In this document: in pieces, positions 57,124 through 64,000 of the stretch
How the letters are laid out: each line of letters starts with the position of its first letter
How positions within the stretch are numbered: the stretch's first letter is position 1
DNA from: Candidatus Poribacteria bacterium
GTDB taxonomy: Bacteria; Poribacteria; WGA-4E; WGA-3G
Length of the DNA: 64,000 bases
Direction: 5' to 3'
Assembly: GCA_965205015.1 (NCBI GenBank)
Contig: OZ242029.1
Location: 1,760,001 to 1,824,000, forward strand
Notes under the pieces: model-generated
What the model was told of the DNA's origin: nothing
Database searches by the model: none
The model's input: the letters and a program-made list of their open reading frames with translations, nothing else
Made by a program: the position numbers and the translations under genes

Positions 57124-59109
57124 TTAATAGGTTAAAGAGAGACCGCCGTAAAATGAGCGGCCCGTAAAGGTATAAAATGTCGGCATTTTGAAATCAAAGA
57201 TATTGTTGCATCCGATTGAGGCTTTGAACATTTTAAAAAGTGTCTTTGAGGCGCGAAGGTTCCAAACCCAATAACTCGGTGCGAGCTCTTCGGGTTCCAA
57301 CACTTTGTCCCCATCGTCGAAGAAACCCCACTGACTCGCATATCGTCCACGTAAATCAACCTGAACACCGCTATCCGAATGCAGATACGCCAATTTGAGG
57401 GTGCCACTGTGTGTGGAACGGTTCAGTAAAGGGAGTCCCGTCTCCTTATCCGCACCACGGAGGTAAGCGTAGCCAATAGCCGAGGTGAATCCATCTATTG
57501 AACCGGTAGTCGCTTCAACGTCAACCCCTTCTGTGTAAGCTCTACTGATGTTTTGATATTCGAACTTGCTGCCCCCCGCTGCGCTTTCTCCAACACGTTC
57601 CGCTTCAATCAGATTGTACAGGTCATTACGATACATGTGGATTCTGGTAAGTAAACCGTCGAATACCTGATATTCCAACCCCAGATTATAGTTGTGTGAG
57701 GATTCGGGTTGCAAGCTTGGGTTGCCCAGCACTTGGTAGCCGGCTGTCACGTTTGTGAAGTCGAGGTAAAGGTTTTTGAAGTCTGGTGCCCGAAATCCTT
57801 GACCATACGAGGCACGGATCCGCAAGTTGTCGATCAACCGATACATCGCACTTAGCTTTGGACTCAAATGAGAACCAAACTCGGAGTGATTGTCTAAACG
57901 TCCACCGATGACGAGTGCGAACGCAGAGATCGGACGGAATACGTTCTGGACAAAGAGGGAGTTCGTAAAAATCTCACGTTCCCCACCTGTGATGCGTTGC
58001 GATTGCAGGTTCTCCAGGATGACCTCACCCCCCAGCGTCAATTGATGTTTTTCCCAAAGCATTGTGTCAAATTGAACTTCGCCCTTAACCAGATCTTGGA
58101 TGTTGAGGTTTCCAGAACTTGTTTCTCCTGTCTCTCTGTTGATAACTGTTGATTCATCGTCATATCGGGTTGCATAGAGTTTTCCAGTCAGTAAAGGTGA
58201 AGACACATTCTGCAGGTTCCCAGCGTCAAATTCGTGCGCTATGCCCATACTTCCACTGAAGTTTTCGATATCACCAAGCCTGTCCAAGGCAATGGGACCA
58301 TTTTCACTGATTCCTTCCTGGTCTTGTGTAAAGTATTGTCCAGAGAGTATCAGGTTGGTCGCTGGTGTGAGTTGGTATTCGGTCCGTGCGGAACCTGTCA
58401 CATTGGCATAGCCATCGATTGTGGTTGTGAGGTCGGACGTATCCAGATCAATTGGACTTCGACGATTGTGGCTGAGCGTTAAAAGCGCGTTGAGTTTATC
58501 GCGTTGCAATTCAAGCGTGCCTCGACTGTCGAGGGTACTGTTTTGCTCAAAATTTTGGGAGACCTGAACTGAAAAGGGAGCAGTGGCTTTACGGGTGATG
58601 ATGTTAATAACGCCGCCGAGCGCAGAATTCCCGAAAAGAGAGGCGGTCGCGCCTTTGACGATTTCTATCCTCTCGACGTTTTCAACAGCAAGCCGTGCCA
58701 TGTCGAGTTTACCCGCAATACGCCCAACTTGCGGTTCACCATCCACAAGAATCAGTACGTATTCCGAATCAAGTCCTTGAAGTTGTACACCGTCGCCGTG
58801 CCCATCGCGATGGATAATGATGCCTGCCGTGTGCTCTAACACTTCTCCGATGTTCTCTGCCCCTGTTGCTTCAATTTCCGCGCGTGTAATGAGATTTGTA
58901 ATAACGGGTGTGTCTTTCAAGCGTTGCGGTGTCTTTGTTGCTGTTACCACGACCGGCTCTAACGCTACCGTCCCATCGGTTTCACTGCTCTCTGCTGAAC
59001 GCAATATTGCGAATAGAAATAATCCCAACACAAGCTTTATCAGTATCCCTGAAAGCCATTTGAAAGCAATGTTTGCGCTGCAAGAACGAATTGTTCTGTC
59101 TAAAAGCAT
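57124..59109 (-). CDS. TonB-dependent receptor (probable heme receptor)
   Basis: VVVTAT TonB box, ERIEIVKG..S.LFG..ALGGVINIIT plug, GFRAP and NPSLQPE motifs. Confidence 0.9.
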   Translation of the reverse strand: MLLDRTIRSCSANIAFKWLSGILIKLVLGLFLFAILRSAESSETDGTVALEPVVVTATKTPQRLKDTPVITNLITRAEIEATGAENIGEVLEHTAGIIIHRDGHGDGVQLQGLDSEYVLILVDGEPQVGRIAGKLDMARLAVENVERIEIVKGATASLFGNSALGGVINIITRKATAPFSVQVSQNFEQNSTLDSRGTLELQRDKLNALLTLSHNRRSPIDLDTSDLTTTIDGYANVTGSARTEYQLTPATNLILSGQYFTQDQEGISENGPIALDRLGDIENFSGSMGIAHEFDAGNLQNVSSPLLTGKLYATRYDDESTVINRETGETSSGNLNIQDLVKGEVQFDTMLWEKHQLTLGGEVILENLQSQRITGGEREIFTNSLFVQNVFRPISAFALVIGGRLDNHSEFGSHLSPKLSAMYRLIDNLRIRASYGQGFRAPDFKNLYLDFTNVTAGYQVLGNPSLQPESSHNYNLGLEYQVFDGLLTRIHMYRNDLYNLIEAERVGESAAGGSKFEYQNISRAYTEGVDVEATTGSIDGFTSAIGYAYLRGADKETGLPLLNRSTHSGTLKLAYLHSDSGVQVDLRGRYASQWGFFDDGDKVLEPEELAPSYWVWNLRASKTLFKMFKASIGCNNIFDFKMPTFYTFTGRSFYGGLSLTY

Positions 59110-59129
59110 AATCTCTTCCCTTCGATTTG

Positions 59130-59843
59130 TCAGAAGGCTCGCCAAACAAAGAAGATGGCAAGGGTTAGCGATCCGAGCCCAAGTCCTGCAGCGAGCAGCC
59201 GCGGTCCATGTAAACGCGTCCAGAGCAATATGCCACTGAGGGCAAGGATAATTAGACTGCCAGCAATCGTATCAGCGAGGAGAATCCATGCAACCCCCAT
59301 TCCACTCGCCATATGCAACCGATTGAGAAAGGCGAATATATTCCTATCAAACTGCCTGACAGTCGTGTAAGCATTGCCGACCCAATATTCGGCGCTGTAA
59401 CTCTGTTTCGGGTTGCTGAAACTGACGCTCCATCTTTCAGGTTGCGTGACGGATTTTCCGCCCCAACTGATTTCTCGGGGCTCCTGTGAGCGCGCCCGGC
59501 TCCATTTCTTGTCGAGATCAAGTTCTACTTGCAGCCAGGCTGCGAACGCCTCGACATTTTCAAATTTATAATCTGGCAGTGGAAGTTCTCTTTTCGTCTG
59601 ATCGGTTTTAGCTGCGTTAATTTTCAAAGTTCCTCGGTGGTTGAGTAGGATACCAGTGACACCGAACAGGATACCCAAAGTCGCTCCCCATAATCCAAGC
59701 CATGCGTGTATTCGCCGAAGCCATTTGAGGAACGCGCCTCTGCTCCATGCAAGAGGTAAAAAGGAATATGGCGAACGTCGACGCTGTTTCTCCAGCTTTT
59801 TCACTGTTTTTTCAACGGATACTGAATGTGTAGGACTTGGCAT
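59130..59843 (-). CDS. PepSY-associated TM helix protein
   Basis: RRIHAWLGL...TGILLNH, LNRLH and SGILLW motifs. Confidence 0.8.
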   Translation of the reverse strand: MPSPTHSVSVEKTVKKLEKQRRRSPYSFLPLAWSRGAFLKWLRRIHAWLGLWGATLGILFGVTGILLNHRGTLKINAAKTDQTKRELPLPDYKFENVEAFAAWLQVELDLDKKWSRARSQEPREISWGGKSVTQPERWSVSFSNPKQSYSAEYWVGNAYTTVRQFDRNIFAFLNRLHMASGMGVAWILLADTIAGSLIILALSGILLWTRLHGPRLLAAGLGLGSLTLAIFFVWRAF

Positions 59844-60082
59844 GTGAGTCTCCGAATTCTCTTGACAATCCCAATGCCGATAGCGTAATCTAATTAAGGC
59901 AGAAAAGGCATCGGACACGAAACGCGCGAACCAAAAAGCGCGAAAGGTCCGCGGTACGCAAAATACTGTCGATTTTCAATCGGCATGTGTTGATTTCCCG
60001 CAGAAACATGGACGATAGCTAACAATTGGCAGTTGGGAGCGGGTCCTGTTTCTTGCGTCGCTTTTTCTGCTATTATTTTACT

Positions 60083-60439
60083 TTAGTGAACCTTGAATGG
60101 ACCTCCGCGAGGTTCTTCCTTCAACTCAGGTCGAGCGGAATCGAGGAACACCTCATGAAGTTCGAGTTTATTTGATTGTGTGAACGCCTCTTTCGGCAAC
60201 GTACCGGATTGAGCATGGCCCTTACGGAACTCCTCGGATTCTACCCAATTTTCAAAATCCTTTCGCGATTCCCAAAGTGTAAAGACAATATATGGATCGC
60301 TGTCATTGACAGGACGTAGGACTTGGTTGGAGATGAACCCCGGCATTCCATCGACGAGACGAGCCCGGTTTTGGAACCGTTCCTCAAATTCGTCCTGATA
60401 TTCAGGCGCGACATAGATTCGATTCGCAACAGTTATCAT
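60083..60439 (-). CDS. IsdG/ABM-family heme-degrading monooxygenase
   Basis: ANRI.V, FEERF..R, PGF and WESRKDF..W..SEEFRKGH motifs; AAGGAG RBS before ATG at 60439. Confidence 0.82.
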   Translation of the reverse strand: MITVANRIYVAPEYQDEFEERFQNRARLVDGMPGFISNQVLRPVNDSDPYIVFTLWESRKDFENWVESEEFRKGHAQSGTLPKEAFTQSNKLELHEVFLDSARPELKEEPRGGPFKVH

Positions 60440-60460
60440 AAAGGTTCTCCTTCTTTTTTT

Positions 60461-60479
60461 GAGAATGAGATTCGTTATC
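60461..60479. promoter_or_regulatory. Fur box
   Basis: GAGAATGAGATTCGTTATC, 15/19 matches to GATAATGATAATCATTATC, just upstream of the heme operon. Confidence 0.7.
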
Positions 60480-60636
60480 AAATTCATGGGAAGGCGGGGT
60501 ATCCTGTTCCCCGCCGACCATGCGGAACATGCTGTACTTCGGTGAATGCATCTTGTATTCCCGTTTCGTACGCATCTTCTTTTGAATTTCCACCCTTGGA
60601 GGAAAGTGATATACCTGAGTACCACCTTCAAAAATT

Positions 60637-60655
60637 GAAAATGAGACTCATTATC
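60637..60655. promoter_or_regulatory. Fur box
   Basis: GAAAATGAGACTCATTATC, 16/19 matches to the consensus. Confidence 0.72.
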
Positions 60656-60923
60656 GTTTTTTCTGAAGGCGGTATTCAGAGGGGCAGTATATCAATCAAC
60701 GCGTTCGAACATAATCCGAACATATATATTATACTGTACGCCATGAACCGATGTCAAATTTTTTTTTATCAGTTCCTTAATTGGATCAATATCGTCCACA
60801 TTTTCGCTGTAAGGTATCACGATACGCATTACATCCTACAAAATTTCGGTTTTATAATCAAGAAAAAGTACTAATTTTGTGTTTTTTACCCAAACTTGTG
60901 GACTTCTATCCGTCTCTGCCCTC

Positions 60924-62288
60924 TTAAGCATTTGCAATTTTTGCTATCACTTCCTGTCCTGCTTTAAATAGGTCGTGCAAGTGTAGATAGCGGAACAGGG
61001 AACTCCTACCCGTCAAATACAGATTCTCGAACGTTTCAAAGTATCTTACCAGACGCGTTACCCTTTCTTCAAATCCTACTTCAAGCACAGGATAAGCAAA
61101 TGGGAGCTTATAAGTTTGATAGTGGATAACCTCTTCTGGAAATAGCCGTTTAACGCGTTGCAACGCTTCCCATACCTCGGTTTGTAATGCCGCTTCTGGC
61201 ATGTTCCAAACCGCATCGTCACTGTAACAGGGCAATTCTAACACGATAACCGTTTGTCCCTTGGGTGCCATTTCAGAACTTCGATTTTTGGGTTCGTACA
61301 GGCGCGTAAATGGAAACGCTGCGTCCGGAAAATAGAGGGAGGCGTTGGGTGAAAAAGTATCCCGATTTAAACAGAAGACGCAAAGCATCAGGTGACGGTA
61401 TTTAATCCTGTCTGCAACAGCACGGAGTTCTGATGGTGGCGGTGGCTCTAACATCCGTATCGAAAGCGTTAGCGGTAGGGTATTAATCACTGTAGCAGCT
61501 GGTATCTCAATATCATCGTTTAGAACAATACGCTCAATTCTTCCATCTTTGTGAATTAAACGGCTGATTCGGTGCTGCAGCTTAATGTGTCCCTTTCCGA
61601 TGAATTCGCACAATTTGTCGCTAATCATGCCGATACCGTACCTCGGGTAAAAGAAGGAACCATCTAAGTGGTTTGGATTTTGTGGGGTGCCTAACACGGT
61701 TGAACGGAGGAAACTCCGTAGATCCAGTCCTTTAAGTCGATTGCCGGCAATTGTGGTAGAGAGACTGTGTGAGGGCGCCCCCCACAGTTTTTCGGAATAG
61801 TTTAGCAGGAAACGTTCTGCCAGCGTTTTGCCATACTGGTTGATCGCAAACGCTGCGAAATTCTCGGCGTATTTTTCACGGTTGTTATGTAGTTGCTCCC
61901 ACATAATTTTCAGTAGAGTCTTTGTCTCAAGTTTTTGGGTCAAATCGCTCAGCTGGAGTGGAAACCGATAGAATTTCCCTTTGAAAAAGATTTCGCTCGG
62001 TGCTTCTACCCGTAGCAAATCGTTTCCGAGAAGGGTCCTGACCTCTTCGGTGACCTGTGGATCCTTATCGTGGAAACGGTGCGCGCCGGTGTCGAATCGG
62101 AAATCACCGCTTTGCAAAACACGGAACCTACAATCTGCGCCCTTAATCTGGAGTGTCCGGCAGTTTCCACCGGGATGCTCACCCGCTTCAAAAATGGTGA
62201 AATTGAGGAGACCCTGTTTCTTAGCGTGGTAACCTGTTGTCAAACCCGCGGGACCGCCACCTAAGATATGAAGATAAGTGGTTTCCAT
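60924..62288 (-). CDS. FAD-dependent oxidoreductase (protoporphyrinogen oxidase / UDP-galactopyranose mutase-like)
   Basis: GGGPAGL, DTGAHRF, YSEKLWG, FTRLYEPKN and AYPV motifs. Confidence 0.82.
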   Translation of the reverse strand: METTYLHILGGGPAGLTTGYHAKKQGLLNFTIFEAGEHPGGNCRTLQIKGADCRFRVLQSGDFRFDTGAHRFHDKDPQVTEEVRTLLGNDLLRVEAPSEIFFKGKFYRFPLQLSDLTQKLETKTLLKIMWEQLHNNREKYAENFAAFAINQYGKTLAERFLLNYSEKLWGAPSHSLSTTIAGNRLKGLDLRSFLRSTVLGTPQNPNHLDGSFFYPRYGIGMISDKLCEFIGKGHIKLQHRISRLIHKDGRIERIVLNDDIEIPAATVINTLPLTLSIRMLEPPPPSELRAVADRIKYRHLMLCVFCLNRDTFSPNASLYFPDAAFPFTRLYEPKNRSSEMAPKGQTVIVLELPCYSDDAVWNMPEAALQTEVWEALQRVKRLFPEEVIHYQTYKLPFAYPVLEVGFEERVTRLVRYFETFENLYLTGRSSLFRYLHLHDLFKAGQEVIAKIANA

Positions 62289-62322
62289 TGTGTGCTATGC
62301 CTCAGGCTCCATCCGTATAGAC

Positions 62323-63789
62323 TCAATACTCAAATAAGGGTAGTTCGGGCCACATCCGGTTCACATACGGGTTGTGATAGAAGATCCTTTCCACTTTCGG
62401 TTCCCGATGTGGCAGAGGACTTCCGATAACGACCAATCCCGTTTCCAATTCATCGAGTTGTGCGAGGTCAGCCTCGCTTTTAATGGGTATGTAAACTGCC
62501 TCTACTGCTTGAGCAGCCAAATAGTACTTAATCAGCGGCACGGATACAATATGCAGTTGATTGCCCTGTTCACGCTGTGTGTCACGCAGATATTCGTGGA
62601 TCTGAGCGATCGCTGTCGGTTTGGTGTGTTGAACAACTATATTTATCGTAACGTAACTGTAACAGAAAAAAAAGATGATAACGGTACTCCAGGCAAAAAT
62701 GTAGCCGAATCTTCCTTTTCCTCCATGGATCGGGATTTCTGTGATTCGGTTGCAAACGGACGCGATGCCGAGTGCTAAAAAGGGGAGTAAAGGTAAAACG
62801 TGTCGACTTTTGTGGATGACGTTCTGCCCTAAGAATATCCATACGAGATAGACGATACAGCCGATGAAGATAGGGTTTGAAAGTATGGAATCGTCCCCAG
62901 AAAGTTTTTCTATCGTCCATTTCTTCAATGTTGGTTTCCAGTTAAAAACTACAATGACCCCGATTAAAATTGTCGTGCAAGCGGTTATAAGATGACGACC
63001 ATGCCAGTAGAACCCGAATCCGTCTGCCCAAATACTCTCAAAAATTTTCGTCAAACGGAGCCATGATTCCGGGTGAGTGGAAACAGTGCCACCAAAATCT
63101 GAAAAATGTCCGTGACTCTGTGTCTGTGCCGAGGTTATCAACGCGTTCCATCCTGTAATCCAGAGCAACGGAATTAGCCAAACAAGAACGCCAATGGTCC
63201 CCGCTATAATGTATTTCAACCGCTCAGGATGCTTTAGCCTCACCAATAGCGCGGGCACTAATAACGGAAGATAGGAAAGCCGTATCCCAAGCAGAATGCC
63301 AGCAAGGAGGAAACCGACACAATTGGTACACCACACTGGGTCATGCTTACGGCTTTCCGGTTGTAATGTCGTGAAGTAAAGGCTTGCCAGCAGACATGCA
63401 ACCCCCATTGCATCTGGCATGTAGCGATTGCCCATCAACCAGAACAAGGGATTCATGAATATCACAAAAATGGCAATTTTTCCTATCCGCGTGATGCTGT
63501 GAATTTTCGCGATCTTTAGTGTAAAGAGGAGTGTGAAAAACGTTGACAATCCTCCAAGTAGCGAAAATGCTAACGCATAGCGACGGATAACAGCATAAAA
63601 GAGTTTAGCGGTCCAACAGAAAACAGGATACGCTGGAAAATGCGGTTGCAGCTTAGCCACATCATAGTCTACCATGCTCAGTGCAAAGCGAAGACTGTCC
63701 AAATCTTCGATATAGTAGATAGTACTGAGCAGCCGAGAACCTATGCAACTGATGAGGACGATACTCCAGACTCTGAATTCCGGCGTCAT
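62323..63789 (-). CDS. Polytopic membrane protein, GT-C-like
   Basis: EDLDS...QPHFPAYPV after TM1; many TM helices. Confidence 0.65.
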   Translation of the reverse strand: MTPEFRVWSIVLISCIGSRLLSTIYYIEDLDSLRFALSMVDYDVAKLQPHFPAYPVFCWTAKLFYAVIRRYALAFSLLGGLSTFFTLLFTLKIAKIHSITRIGKIAIFVIFMNPLFWLMGNRYMPDAMGVACLLASLYFTTLQPESRKHDPVWCTNCVGFLLAGILLGIRLSYLPLLVPALLVRLKHPERLKYIIAGTIGVLVWLIPLLWITGWNALITSAQTQSHGHFSDFGGTVSTHPESWLRLTKIFESIWADGFGFYWHGRHLITACTTILIGVIVVFNWKPTLKKWTIEKLSGDDSILSNPIFIGCIVYLVWIFLGQNVIHKSRHVLPLLPFLALGIASVCNRITEIPIHGGKGRFGYIFAWSTVIIFFFCYSYVTINIVVQHTKPTAIAQIHEYLRDTQREQGNQLHIVSVPLIKYYLAAQAVEAVYIPIKSEADLAQLDELETGLVVIGSPLPHREPKVERIFYHNPYVNRMWPELPLFEY

Positions 63790-63804
63790 ATATTTAGACA
63801 ATGG

Positions 63805-63870
63805 GGTCGACGCGCTTTGGAAGCGCGCCGATTGTTGCCCGGTCGACGTGCTTTGAAAGCACGCGACCGG
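63805..63870. repeat. Two tandem palindromic units GGTCGACGYGCTTTGRAAGCRCG
   Basis: Direct repeat in which each unit forms a hairpin, with a compensatory C-G to T-A change. Confidence 0.6.
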
Positions 63871-63914
63871 TGGAAAGACATCTTTGCAGTTTCGAGCCCC
63901 ACCTACATTGATGC

Positions 63915-64000
63915 CTACCAGTTCTCCATGTTCGCATTGGAAAATCCGTATGCCGCCTGCAGGACACCTTTCGCGCGTTTGTAATTGTTTACCTGTGTAT
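63915..64000 (-). CDS. C-terminal end of a gene entering from beyond the window (DUF4856-like ending)
   Basis: Hand translation TQVNNYKRAKGVLQAAYGFSNANMENW*; the family assignment is from recall of similar endings only. Confidence 0.45.
   Translation of the reverse strand, partial: TQVNNYKRAKGVLQAAYGFSNANMENW

Overview
Bacterial chromosomal window of about 50% GC, most likely from Candidatus Poribacteria (sponge symbiont). This is inferred from recurrent C-terminal 'VEPxGKLxTTWxxIK' tails, LamG, WD40-dockerin and PD40 proteins, and tandem ABC-2 permease paralogs. Coding content: an ABC permease array, nnr, nadA, thiO-thiS-thiG, a GlnT-type ligase, a 2276-aa Ig-repeat protein next to a PorV-family barrel, a type III R-M system whose mod gene is frameshifted at a G7 tract, and a Fur-box-preceded heme uptake operon. 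No rRNA, tRNA or CRISPR array was seen. The most interesting non-coding signals are: (i) a 435-bp ORF-less IS200/IS605-type element (42608-43042) with intact ends, a near-consensus promoter and a ~315-nt, multiply pseudoknotted RNA ending in a TnpB omegaRNA-like domain; (ii) a duplicated promoter + pseudoknotted leader RNA + small membrane protein cassette (11606-12792) with structure-preserving substitutions; (iii) a family of ~80-nt GTAG-type elements ending AACCGCAAGGAA exactly 10 nt upstream of four unrelated start codons; and (iv) REP-like palindromes inserted in frame inside enzymes. All RNA structures were paired by eye, and no database searches were run.
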